Below are positions 28,819 through 37,944 of a stretch of 64,000 nt of DNA, in pieces. Below the pieces are notes generated by a model, which did no database searches, was not told the origin of the DNA, and saw only the letters and a list, made by a program, of their open reading frames with translations. Positions within the stretch are counted from its first letter, which is position 1. Each line of letters starts with the position of its first letter. Position numbers and translations under genes: made by a program. The DNA lies in IMG/VR virus record IMGVR_UViG_3300028392_000049, positions 24,680-88,679 of that record. One strand, written 5' to 3'. Source of the DNA: a virus.

Positions 28819-29619
28819 TTATAATCGAAATAAATCGACCAGACTTAACGATAGATTAATTTTACTATCGCATGCCTCGCAAGTCTTGCTCACCTCCCCA
28901 AGGCGTGGGCCTGGGGTCCTATCTGATAACTCAGTCACTAGCAGAGTTCGATCTGCCATGCTTAAGTTTAAAGCCGTTGAGCGCCCCATAGAAGGGCTGC
29001 CATCTACAGACACAATGCATCCTGCCAAAATGTCGGTGAACATCTCGGCTGTGGTCTTTTCATCAGAGTCAACCAATTTTTTCTGGGTAACTCCATTAGG
29101 CAAAGCCACTACAATTTCCCCAGCCTTAGCATTGACAGAGAATACTCTGTCCCTGACTGGGTCTTCTAGTTCATCAACCTCAACGTCATGTACTAAATCA
29201 ATAGTAATGTTTTGTTCGGTAGCGCATGAAACACATACAACTGGATAGGTAACCGTCTCGCCAAATGTAGCTATCCGAATACCTAGAAGGACGGCATCCC
29301 GATCTCCAGTAAGCATCGCGTCAAGTTCAGTAAGTGTGGGCTTTACGTCACCAATACTTACTAGTCCTCGTTGAAATGCTACCTGCAAAGACTTAGTTGC
29401 TGAACCAGCCTTAGCCATAGCTTCCTCATCGGAACCATTTAGCTCTCTAATTTCAGCGGTCTTAAACAGTTCCCCCGACTTAGTAATAAAGCCCGCAGGC
29501 AATGCTACTTCGTTTGAAGGGGGTTGCTGAGTTTCTATTTCTGCTTGTACGCCACCTGCAGCTTGAAAAGCCGCGATGGCTTGGTCCATATCTGGTAGGC
29601 CTAATGTTGTCTCAGTCAT
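28819..29619 (-). CDS. Tail assembly chaperone (T4 gp26-like)
   Basis: EIRELNGSDEE, GDRDAVLLGIRIATFG, two CxxC pairs; follows the tube gene. Confidence 0.8.
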   Translation of the reverse strand: MTETTLGLPDMDQAIAAFQAAGGVQAEIETQQPPSNEVALPAGFITKSGELFKTAEIRELNGSDEEAMAKAGSATKSLQVAFQRGLVSIGDVKPTLTELDAMLTGDRDAVLLGIRIATFGETVTYPVVCVSCATEQNITIDLVHDVEVDELEDPVRDRVFSVNAKAGEIVVALPNGVTQKKLVDSDEKTTAEMFTDILAGCIVSVDGSPSMGRSTALNLSMADRTLLVTELSDRTPGPRLGEVSKTCEACDSKINLSLSLVDLFRL

Positions 29620-29656
29620 AATTCTCCTTATTAATACTTATATAGTTTACTACAGA

Positions 29657-30280
29657 TTAGAAGCCAGCAGGTTTAACCGATCCTGCTAGAGGTGTTCCAT
29701 TAGCATTAACAAACCCGACTGACAGGCCTTCATGTACAAGCGTCATGGTTTCGTACATAAGCTCGTTCTGACCAGCGTTAAGGTCGGTGTAGCTTAGGTT
29801 AGAAATCCATGCATTGTGCAAGTAGAATGCCATACGTGGCGTGTTAGTTGTTGATCCAGCCTGTGGGTGGTCCATCAATTCGATAGTAACGTTGACTCGG
29901 AAGCCGCCCTTACCTGAATCAGTAGAGTTAATGCCTTCTCCTGCTGACGCACCAAATAACCCACGCATCCAAGTAATAGCGCTATCATTACCAAACAATG
30001 CACCGCGTGAGAATGTCACTGGGCCAAAGTTGGTCATGCCTGGGATCTGATGAATGGTAGTGTTGTAGCCACCTTCACGGTAAGGAATTGGCGCTACAGA
30101 GTATGCCAAACCTGAGATTCCCGTGAAGCCACCACTGAATGATGTGATGCGGTTATCAAACGTAGTTGTAACACCTTGAGCCACCTTGAAGGTTGCGCGA
30201 AACTTGAATACGCGCATCGGGTCAGTTTGAATGGTGCCCCGTGAATCAATGTAATTGAGGTTCTTCTTTGTTTCTGACAT
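29657..30280 (-). CDS. Tail tube protein (gp19-like)
   Basis: DPMRVFKF, YREGG, PGMTNFGPVTFSRG, NAWIS...DLNA...LVHEG. Confidence 0.92.
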   Translation of the reverse strand: MSETKKNLNYIDSRGTIQTDPMRVFKFRATFKVAQGVTTTFDNRITSFSGGFTGISGLAYSVAPIPYREGGYNTTIHQIPGMTNFGPVTFSRGALFGNDSAITWMRGLFGASAGEGINSTDSGKGGFRVNVTIELMDHPQAGSTTNTPRMAFYLHNAWISNLSYTDLNAGQNELMYETMTLVHEGLSVGFVNANGTPLAGSVKPAGF

Positions 30281-30293
30281 TGTTTACTTCTCC

Positions 30294-32471
30294 TTAAATA
30301 GAAGTGGTTACGGTAGCGCCGCCATCAGTCTGACCGAGCTTAATGATTACAAATTCCGCTGGTCGCTGCAATGCAACACCAACTTCAATGCGGAGTTCTC
30401 CAGCAGAGATTACTGCTGAAGTATTAATGGATGCGTCACACTTGACGTAATATGCCTGGTCCGCAGTTGCGCCGTAAAGGCCGCCTGCACGCCAGAAGCC
30501 ATCTAGGTACCCATTGACAATGCCAGTAACTTCATTCCAAAGTGTCTGGTCGTTGTTCTCAAACACTGCAAACTGCGTTAACGCACGAAGGTTATTTCCT
30601 AAGGAATTAAGGGTTCGGCGTGTTGAGACATATCGGTCTGAGAAGCCTGAGCTAAGTGTGCGAGCACCCATGATGCAGATTCCTGAACCTGGAACATAAC
30701 GAATAACGTTTACGTTCTTGGCTCCCGAGTTGACAAGGTCAAACTCTTGGTTAGTAAGCGAAGGTACGGATACCGCAGAGTTAATAACTGAGTAGTAACC
30801 AGCAGGTGCCTTGAACACTCCACGAGTTGCGTCTGTAGAAGTATAAACTGCGGCTACCGCTCCACCTGGTGCAACTGCCTTAGTCGCTCCTGCAGTTGAT
30901 GCAGGGTCAGCAATTGAGACAAATGGGTAGTAGATAGCACCGTAGTTGTTATTGACTGCACCATAGCCAGATGTCAAAGTAAGCACATCTGATGCTGAGG
31001 TATTATTAACCGAAGCGTCAAGAACTACAAACGAGTCTCCACGATTAGCTGCGTAACCGATAAGCTTAACCGCTGCTGTTTGGTTATTTGTTTGAGTAGC
31101 GGCAGCGTCCGCAGCAGCCAGCGGGAACCGTGAGTTTGACATATCTGGGTAGTTAATCAACAGCGGTGCTGTAATTGAGTCCAGACGAGGCAAGATATCT
31201 GTAGCCACGTAAGAACCTACAGACCCAAGGTCAGCTGCACTTGAGCCTTCTGAGCCAACAATGCCTGCAACGGTACACTTAGTAGTAGTAGTAACTCCTA
31301 GACGTACTTTATCAACCTGTGCAGCTGTTACACCTGTTGCAGAGGTAGAACCTGCAGCAGTGTACGTTGTGCCAGTGATTGAGCTAGTAACTGCTGAGGC
31401 TGCCCATACAAATGAACCGTCTGTTGAATTGACATTAGCCCCAGTAGAAGCCACCGACCAAAGAGTAGTAAACAATGGAAGACGGTTGTAACCAGATGCA
31501 GATGAGCCGCCATCAGTTGCGGTAATCCAAGTAGAATTAGCGTTAATAACATTAACCGCATAGCGAGCATCACTAGATGTCATAGTCAAATTAGTGAAGG
31601 ACTCAACACGGTCATTAGCAGTAAGGTCAGATGCTGATGCTACGACACGAGTGGTGTAGTAAACGTTTACATCAAAGTAGTTAGTAGAAGAACTTGGGGT
31701 AACAGATACCCAAAGGTTATTACCCCAAATACCATGATCAGCCGCATTGAACTGTAAGGTACTTGCAGTGGTAGATGATGTTCCACCATTGATAACAATG
31801 CTCGTACCAGTCTGAGTAGTTTCAGCAATAGTACCTGTTTTATAAATAATAGTAAACGACTTACCATCCGTCGCTACGTCAGCAACAACCCATTGTTTTC
31901 CAGGAGCGCTTAGCACCGAATACCCTGTAGTACTAACTCCACTAATAGTTACTACACGACCTGGCTCTAATGTGGAGAACTCAGCAGTGGATGAATAGAT
32001 AGAGATCTTTCCAGCATTGGCAGTTCCGTTGAGTGTCCATGTACCTGCCTGGGTAATTCCTTGGTTGCTGTCTTTGAACTTAGCAACAGCTTGGATTGAA
32101 TCTTTATTAAGATTACGAACAATGTAAGCCTGTGAGCCACCATTATCGAAGAATGTCTTGACTGCATACTTAAGGGCAGACGAGGCTGTACCAACAGTGT
32201 TGTTGTATGCTTGGCTAGATGCCGAAGCAACCGTAGCAGTAGCATCAAATGGGCCAACAGTTGAGCCATAGCTGAACTCGTTGACAAAGTCTGACCATGA
32301 GCTGACCAAAAGAGGGGTACTGATGATGCTACCTGCAGCACCAGTAGGGTTACCGCCACGGTCTGCAATACCAATAAATACTGCAACCGAGTCGCCAGTG
32401 GTTTGAGCCACAGGCTTATTTGGGGATAGCGACTCTTGGACGTAGACGCCAGGCTTATTAATTGTAGCCAT
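30294..32471 (-). CDS. Tail sheath protein
   Basis: PGVYVQE, FFDNGG, GVFKAPAG, GARTL, FAVFENND, RPAEFV. Confidence 0.95.
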   Translation of the reverse strand: MATINKPGVYVQESLSPNKPVAQTTGDSVAVFIGIADRGGNPTGAAGSIISTPLLVSSWSDFVNEFSYGSTVGPFDATATVASASSQAYNNTVGTASSALKYAVKTFFDNGGSQAYIVRNLNKDSIQAVAKFKDSNQGITQAGTWTLNGTANAGKISIYSSTAEFSTLEPGRVVTISGVSTTGYSVLSAPGKQWVVADVATDGKSFTIIYKTGTIAETTQTGTSIVINGGTSSTTASTLQFNAADHGIWGNNLWVSVTPSSSTNYFDVNVYYTTRVVASASDLTANDRVESFTNLTMTSSDARYAVNVINANSTWITATDGGSSASGYNRLPLFTTLWSVASTGANVNSTDGSFVWAASAVTSSITGTTYTAAGSTSATGVTAAQVDKVRLGVTTTTKCTVAGIVGSEGSSAADLGSVGSYVATDILPRLDSITAPLLINYPDMSNSRFPLAAADAAATQTNNQTAAVKLIGYAANRGDSFVVLDASVNNTSASDVLTLTSGYGAVNNNYGAIYYPFVSIADPASTAGATKAVAPGGAVAAVYTSTDATRGVFKAPAGYYSVINSAVSVPSLTNQEFDLVNSGAKNVNVIRYVPGSGICIMGARTLSSGFSDRYVSTRRTLNSLGNNLRALTQFAVFENNDQTLWNEVTGIVNGYLDGFWRAGGLYGATADQAYYVKCDASINTSAVISAGELRIEVGVALQRPAEFVIIKLGQTDGGATVTTSI

Positions 32472-32499
32472 TATTTCTCCTTAATAGAATTGATAAGTT

Positions 32500-33186
32500 T
32501 TAGACGGGATACATAGTCGTAGGTACATCACTTTGTACCCAGGATCCAGATGTGTTGTGGTTTACGCTTACAGCCGTTACAATTTGTGACGACACAGCGC
32601 TTGCCACAGCAGGAGTCATCTCACTAACAACTCTTACTGTGAAGGTATTACGTAGCAGTCGCTTATTTCCATTTTCGCCTTCTGCTTTGTCATTCTTAAT
32701 GACACTGTCTAAGAACATATGGCGCCGAGCGGTGCTTGTTCCAAGTTCATTCTTGACTTCCAAGTGCCCATACATGGCAGGAAATCTTTGATGCAATGTA
32801 TAAAGTAGCGTCCTGTCATGCCGTGGGTGGCGCGAGTAAGACGTGACTTGATACATTAAATCGTATGCAACTGGTACGTCATAACTGTACCAGTTTGCAG
32901 GTACACCGTCAGGGTAAGTTTGGTTTGAGCCTGGGGTTATGTACCAATTGGTAGCAATAGTTCCAGCGTTATCGCTGTCAATAACCAGACCAGAAGACTG
33001 CCGTTCACGGGCTTGGCGGATGCCAATCAAGTCAATAGTTACAAAGGGAAAGCTCTGCTGGCGGACTTCTACGTCAGGGTAGCCAAACCATACGCTCACT
33101 GCTCGGCTTGGGGATTTTTCGTCCGATACTGTAATGCCCGAAAGGTAAGTTTTAAGGGCAGCATCTTCATTAAGAATAAAAGGCAT
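32500..33186 (-). CDS. Tail terminator/sheath completion protein
   Basis: Directly upstream of the sheath gene; FPFVTIDL...YDLMYQV. Confidence 0.6.
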   Translation of the reverse strand: MPFILNEDAALKTYLSGITVSDEKSPSRAVSVWFGYPDVEVRQQSFPFVTIDLIGIRQARERQSSGLVIDSDNAGTIATNWYITPGSNQTYPDGVPANWYSYDVPVAYDLMYQVTSYSRHPRHDRTLLYTLHQRFPAMYGHLEVKNELGTSTARRHMFLDSVIKNDKAEGENGNKRLLRNTFTVRVVSEMTPAVASAVSSQIVTAVSVNHNTSGSWVQSDVPTTMYPV

Positions 33187-33506
33187 TAAAATAAACCTTT
33201 TTCTTTAAGGTAATCAGACAGGGCGGTAAACACGGCTTTACCAACTTCAGGTTGGGCATGCTCTTTGAAATTACGCATTGCCGCTCTAGGGGGAATGCTC
33301 TCATCCCCGTACTCGGCCGACATTACTTTGCTGTGCATGCTAGTAGGGTAAGAAAGACCTACGCCATTGCTATGGGAAACTACCTTGACAGCAGAGTGAA
33401 CATCCTCATCCCAGTGATGTGCCTGGGCAATATTAGACCAATCATTATTTAAAGTATCGGTTGAGGAGTCAAGCTGAGTTTTTAAAAGCTCTGAAAATGA
33501 AGACAT
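33186..33506 (-). CDS. Hypothetical virion (neck-like) protein
   Basis: AEYGD...PPRAAMRNF motif; position. Confidence 0.55.
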   Translation of the reverse strand: MSSFSELLKTQLDSSTDTLNNDWSNIAQAHHWDEDVHSAVKVVSHSNGVGLSYPTSMHSKVMSAEYGDESIPPRAAMRNFKEHAQPEVGKAVFTALSDYLKEKGLF

Positions 33507-33631
33507 TAATCCCGACCCAAGCGAAGAAAAGCCCCATACAACAATCCATCCAAGAAACCGCCTGCTTGATGATGCATAGCACCATAGTAGAATGCAGGGA
33601 AAGAGGCTTGAGAAACAGTCTCTTTAGCCAT
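33506..33631 (-). CDS. Small hypothetical protein (41 aa)
   Basis: MAKETVSQASFPAFYYG...; AAGGAG RBS; TAATG coupling. Confidence 0.55.
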   Translation of the reverse strand: MAKETVSQASFPAFYYGAMHHQAGGFLDGLLYGAFLRLGRD

Positions 33632-33703
33632 AGTATTTCTCCTTGGAGGAGTAGCAGGGTTTCGCATGGGTGGTGATGTAGTTCCTGCAGTGGAACTTCT
33701 TTA

Positions 33704-33739
33704 ATAGTAAATGAAAAAGCCCCCTTTCGGGGGCTAAAT
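33704..33739 (-). promoter_or_regulatory. Candidate late promoter, overlapping a terminator hairpin
   Basis: ATTTAGCC-N22-TACTAT. Confidence 0.55.
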
Positions 33740-33751
33740 CAATATTAGTTT

Positions 33752-34084
33752 TTACGAAGCCGAACCAGTTTGAACATATGAAGCTAGAACAATACAAGTA
33801 GAAGTCATAGCAGCCGAAGCGTACCCATAGATAGTATCTCCACCATTTGCCCAAAACTGAAGCACACCAACAGCAGAAGTAGCAGCACTACTGGCAGCAG
33901 CAGGTACTTTAAGACCACCATTGGTAGTTCCAAGACCATCTAAGGTATCATCGCCAATAGCCAAAGCAGCAGTTGTATCTCTATTTTGAATAGTGACATA
34001 TGCCTGGGTAGCACCCTTAGGTACTGTGTAAATAAGTGTCTTAGTAGTCGCAGGAAGCGAGACTGTGACGTGGTCAAGAGCCAT
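33752..34084 (-). CDS. Hypothetical beta-rich virion protein
   Basis: 110-aa ORF, TAATG-coupled. Confidence 0.65.
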   Translation of the reverse strand: MALDHVTVSLPATTKTLIYTVPKGATQAYVTIQNRDTTAALAIGDDTLDGLGTTNGGLKVPAAASSAATSAVGVLQFWANGGDTIYGYASAAMTSTCIVLASYVQTGSAS

Positions 34085-34296
34085 TACTTCTTGCCCTTAA
34101 TCTTCTTGGCAAGGGCGGTATCCTTCTTGATATCTTCCTTTTTGGACATAGGCTTCTTATCCATCTTCTTGTCTTCCTTAGCAAACTTAGCCTTTTGAGC
34201 TGGGGTCATACCCTTCATTGTCTTGGCATCTTGCTTCTTGTCTGCAGCCTTAGTTGGGCCACATGCACACTTTGCTTTACCGCACTTCTTGCACAT
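34084..34296 (-). CDS. Lys-rich small protein (CxxC N-terminus)
   Basis: MCKKCGKAKCACG..., highly basic. Confidence 0.7.
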   Translation of the reverse strand: MCKKCGKAKCACGPTKAADKKQDAKTMKGMTPAQKAKFAKEDKKMDKKPMSKKEDIKKDTALAKKIKGKK

Positions 34297-34412
34297 TATT
34301 TCTTACCAGCTTTCTTTGTAGTAGTTTTCTTAGCAAACTTCTTATTAGCAGCTGCTAGAGTCTTTTGACCGTGCTTATTCTTAGGCTGCTTACAGCCACA
34401 GGTTGCGCACAT
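34296..34412 (-). CDS. Lys-rich small protein (38 aa)
   Basis: Manual translation MCATCGCKQPKNKHGQKTLAAANKKFAKKTTTKKAGKK; TAATG coupling on both sides. Confidence 0.65.
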   Translation of the reverse strand: MCATCGCKQPKNKHGQKTLAAANKKFAKKTTTKKAGKK

Positions 34413-34648
34413 TACTTGCTCGCTTTCTTATGAGGATTGTTTTTATGCCAGTCTTTAGTGGCTTTAACCCCAGCCTTGACTGTCTTGGCCCCAGCTTTTT
34501 TAGTTAAATCAATCTTGTCGTACTTGCCGTTTTCCTTTTTTGAGCCAGCATGATCGACAACTACGTCACCTTTTTTGTCCTTATAGACACGGTGAACTTT
34601 ACCCGACACTTTAAGTGTAGCAGGACTTTCTTTTTTCTTAGCGGCCAT
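34412..34648 (-). CDS. Lys-rich small protein
   Basis: 78 aa, highly basic. Confidence 0.7.
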   Translation of the reverse strand: MAAKKKESPATLKVSGKVHRVYKDKKGDVVVDHAGSKKENGKYDKIDLTKKAGAKTVKAGVKATKDWHKNNPHKKASK

Positions 34649-35112
34649 TACGCCTTACCTTTCTTAGTTCCTCGATAAGTACGTGTGTGTGCTTTTGAAT
34701 CCCCTGTGCCTGCGTCAAGGACGGTGTGAGCGGCAACAATGTGAACAGGTGAGCCTGGGCGCACTGTGTGCTCTTGCTCTACAGCGTGTTCATCTGGGGC
34801 ATTGTATTGAGTGTAAATAGCGGGTAACTCTTTGTCTGCACGTTCTTTAAGTAATGCGTTGTGCTCTTCACTGCCAGGTTGGATAACATGACGTTTATGA
34901 ACTCTGGCTTCTAGGACTGTGCCTTTAGACGACTCAGGCTCCCAAGAATTTGGGTCATCCTCATGTGGGTCTATCCCTAAAGAGAACCCAAACGCAGTTT
35001 CTCTATTCGGAGTCCAATGCATACCTAAGTTTTCAGTGTCAATGTCGGTGCGTGCTTTATCATTGAAGCCACGATACAAAGTAATGAATTGTGCCCCAGG
35101 TTCAACGGCCAT
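34648..35112 (-). CDS. Putative ADP-ribosyltransferase-fold protein
   Basis: ITLYRG...HWT...VLEARV...EQE pattern. Confidence 0.5.
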   Translation of the reverse strand: MAVEPGAQFITLYRGFNDKARTDIDTENLGMHWTPNRETAFGFSLGIDPHEDDPNSWEPESSKGTVLEARVHKRHVIQPGSEEHNALLKERADKELPAIYTQYNAPDEHAVEQEHTVRPGSPVHIVAAHTVLDAGTGDSKAHTRTYRGTKKGKA

Positions 35113-35273
35113 TACTTACCCTTCTTTTTCTTAGCAGCATTCATATTATCCACAAGATTAGGGTAAGGACGACCAGCAGCCTTAGCCTTTGCTTTGGCAG
35201 CAGCCTTTTTCTTAGGTGTAAGTTTTTTGTCTTTCTTGCTAGGATCAGGTGTGTCCCACACTTCTTTAACCAT
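35112..35273 (-). CDS. Lys/Ala-rich small protein (53 aa)
   Basis: Manual translation MVKEVWDTPDPSKKDKKLTPKKKAAAKAKAKAAGRPYPNLVDNMNAAKKKKGK. Confidence 0.7.
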   Translation of the reverse strand: MVKEVWDTPDPSKKDKKLTPKKKAAAKAKAKAAGRPYPNLVDNMNAAKKKKGK

Positions 35274-35578
35274 TATTTTTTCTTTCCATTGTTACGAGCG
35301 GTAATAGCCGCAGCCTTCTTCTTAGCATCGGCCTTGCTAGAAGCGCCCCATGCATTTAATGAAAGCAATAAGCGAGTAGGCTCACCATTTGGTTTATGCT
35401 CTGGCCCAGGCATTCCACCCATACGGGCAAGGAAAGACGCACGGCGTGGGCTATCTCCAGATTTAACTGGGGCTTTTAGATCTGAACCTGGATGAGACTT
35501 CTCGTAAGACTTGCGGCCTTTTTCATTAAGTCCGCCCTTCTTATTTTGGCCTTCCTTTTTCTGCCATTTTTCAGTCAT
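35273..35578 (-). CDS. Basic phage protein
   Basis: WQKKEGQNKKGGLNEKGRKSY...RRASFLARMGG. Confidence 0.75.
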   Translation of the reverse strand: MTEKWQKKEGQNKKGGLNEKGRKSYEKSHPGSDLKAPVKSGDSPRRASFLARMGGMPGPEHKPNGEPTRLLLSLNAWGASSKADAKKKAAAITARNNGKKK

Positions 35579-35586
35579 AGTAAATC

Positions 35587-36348
35587 CTAATTAGCGTAAT
35601 ACTGGAACTGAGGATCGTTAACCAGTTCTTCAGATAGAATCTGCTGGCAATCGAAAGTCAGTAAGGTGTATCTCTCATTAATAATACCAGCATATTGACT
35701 GCTGATAGGACGATATACCTGGTTCTTCCAAACAATGCGGTCACGATTTAGTGGGTCAGGATTCTCAGAATCATTGGGGTCCAGCTTATATAGCATTTCA
35801 GGAATGGTGTTAATAAGCACATCATGGTCAATAGTGAAATGGATACGGTCAGCGTTGTAGAAACCCTGCTGAACCATGTTAGTTTGACCTTCTTTAAGGA
35901 CGGCTCGGATAACTGGGACTGTAATTCCAGGCTTCCATTGGCGACCATCGCTAGTAAAGTTAACAGAAGTTCCCGCACTGATTGGGGCAATATTCTTTAG
36001 GGTAAGCTTTACTACTGACCCAGTTATACTTACTACCACAGCCCCATTGGCTACGCCTACACCATTAACTGCCATACCAACGGTAACTCCAGTAGTAGAA
36101 GATACGGTAATATTAGTTGTGGCAATAGAGCCTGTCATGGTGGTATTAATGCTAGCCCCAGTTGTACTGGTTGCGTAGTTAGACCCGACGTCATAAATTG
36201 GATCAATATTGCTTACCGTAGGATTCCATACAAACCACTGCACAGTTGTACCAGCAGGATTAGTTAAATCTTTAGTGATGGCATCATGGATTTCCCCAGT
36301 TTCAAAGTCGGTGTCAAACCGACCGCTAGGGGTATATGGCCTACTCAT
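35587..36348 (-). CDS. Head closure/head-tail joining protein with inserted beta domain
   Basis: DPIYDVG...GRQW.P, GFYNAD, RDRIVWKNQVYRP; position. Confidence 0.6.
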   Translation of the reverse strand: MSRPYTPSGRFDTDFETGEIHDAITKDLTNPAGTTVQWFVWNPTVSNIDPIYDVGSNYATSTTGASINTTMTGSIATTNITVSSTTGVTVGMAVNGVGVANGAVVVSITGSVVKLTLKNIAPISAGTSVNFTSDGRQWKPGITVPVIRAVLKEGQTNMVQQGFYNADRIHFTIDHDVLINTIPEMLYKLDPNDSENPDPLNRDRIVWKNQVYRPISSQYAGIINERYTLLTFDCQQILSEELVNDPQFQYYAN

Positions 36349-36446
36349 CGTACCCTCAAACTTGTTTTATCAATATTGATACCACGGCAGCAAGCTGCGT
36401 AGTCTTCACAGTCCTGAGTTGGACAACCTGTTCTACAAGCCATCAT
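36345..36446 (-). CDS. Small Cys-rich protein
   Basis: MMACRTGCPTQDCEDYAACCRGINIDKTSLRVR. Confidence 0.55.
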   Translation of the reverse strand: MMACRTGCPTQDCEDYAACCRGINIDKTSLRVR

Positions 36447-36592
36447 TCCCACTCTTCCTCAGTCTTTACAGGAGTACTGTACGTATAGCATCCACCACAT
36501 AGAGTTTTATCCCCAGCATCAACAAGGCGAGTTTCCTCATTGAACACGGGGCATTCATGGTTTTTGCAAGTCGCTATATAAATATACCTCAT
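36443..36592 (-). CDS. Small zinc-binding protein
   Basis: MRYIYIATCKNHEC...LCGGC; coupled to the tail fibre stop. Confidence 0.55.
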   Translation of the reverse strand: MRYIYIATCKNHECPVFNEETRLVDAGDKTLCGGCYTYSTPVKTEEEWE

Positions 36593-37935
36593 TACGCAGC
36601 CTCATATGTAACAACAAAGTTAAAGTGATCAGCATTAGCCCATGTTCCAGGAATGGTAGAAGACATACTGGTAAATGAAGCATATGTTCCAGCAGCATTA
36701 CCAATAGTCATTGACCATGTTGTTGTTGCGTTCAAGTATCCTGTACCAGAAAAAGCGGCACCACCAGAAAGCACCATTGCTTGATGTGGAAAGTAGTATG
36801 CTCCACCAACCTTGGCAGTTACTGGCAAAGTTAATATCGGATTACCTGAAACAGTTGTACCACTCAAAGTAAATTTACAACGCCAAGTAACTGTTTTACC
36901 AATTTGAGTGTAAAAAGAATCAAATGTCCCACTGCCCTTAGTCCAGTTAGTCATTACTGGAGTAAATGTACTCCAAGCACTAACAATACTTGTGCCATTT
37001 AATTGAATATCACTTGTATGGTTAACTGTAGTAGCAGTAATAATATTAGCGCTAAAGTTACCTGAACCATCACGAATAACAAGTGCATTATTAGTAGCTG
37101 CTGACGTAGCAGACACACTATTCATTTGAACAGTAGTTCCATTAACTGTGGTAGCAGTAACAGTAGTAGCAGTTACCGTAGTGGCTGTAACAGCGGTGGC
37201 TGTTAATGAGCCTGAACCAAGAGAAAGACTGTTATTGGTAGGAGATGCGGCATTGCTTAGATCTGTCCACATAGTTGTTTTTGACGCATTTGTAGCGGTA
37301 GCAAAAATTAAAGATGTTCCAGATACCCACATGTCACCAATAACATAGTTACCAGAAGTAGGAACAGTTCCAGATGCTGGAATATTTACAGATGCTCGGT
37401 TAGTTGCCGTAGTTGCAAGGCTAAGTTTTCCAGTAAGAGTGGCTGTTGTAGCATTAACCGTAGTGGCATTTACAGTTGTAGCAGTTACAGTAGTTGCAAC
37501 AACAGCGTTAAAAGTTCCCGTAGCAGTAAATGAAGCCGTAGTTCCCGAAATAGTATTTGCTGATAAAGAATTATTACCTGCAGTAAGTGCTAAAGTTCCA
37601 GAGTTATTTTGGAATGCAAAAGAACGACTTGCGGTAAGTGAGCCAACAGAAAAACTAGCACCCCAAGAATTAGTTGAGTCATATATAAAAGTATTTCCAC
37701 TTAAATAGGTAGTTGTGTTAGCGCTTCCTAAACTCAGCGTTCCATCGAATGTTCCATTAGAAGGGTTAATGCTGATGTCACCTGTAACAGATGCCGCTGA
37801 AGCATATATCTGAGCAGGTGTTACATACGGACCTTCTAGGATTCCTGTAAAACTCATATTAGCTATATTTGACAATCCAGACGTAGTAAACGTCTGAGCA
37901 CCAACAGACAAACCACTAAGAAATTTTTTGGACAT
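36592..37935 (-). CDS. Tail fibre / receptor-binding protein
   Basis: Thr-rich TATTV pentapeptide repeats; C-terminal AWSTFTP...YTQIGKTV...LPV...YEAA head domain. Confidence 0.75.
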   Translation of the reverse strand: MSKKFLSGLSVGAQTFTTSGLSNIANMSFTGILEGPYVTPAQIYASAASVTGDISINPSNGTFDGTLSLGSANTTTYLSGNTFIYDSTNSWGASFSVGSLTASRSFAFQNNSGTLALTAGNNSLSANTISGTTASFTATGTFNAVVATTVTATTVNATTVNATTATLTGKLSLATTATNRASVNIPASGTVPTSGNYVIGDMWVSGTSLIFATATNASKTTMWTDLSNAASPTNNSLSLGSGSLTATAVTATTVTATTVTATTVNGTTVQMNSVSATSAATNNALVIRDGSGNFSANIITATTVNHTSDIQLNGTSIVSAWSTFTPVMTNWTKGSGTFDSFYTQIGKTVTWRCKFTLSGTTVSGNPILTLPVTAKVGGAYYFPHQAMVLSGGAAFSGTGYLNATTTWSMTIGNAAGTYASFTSMSSTIPGTWANADHFNFVVTYEAA

Positions 37936-37944
37936 ACTACTAGT

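Noticed and set aside
35146-35154. Isolated TTATCCACA
   Set aside because: Single copy inside a coding region without the flanking repeat; consistent with chance
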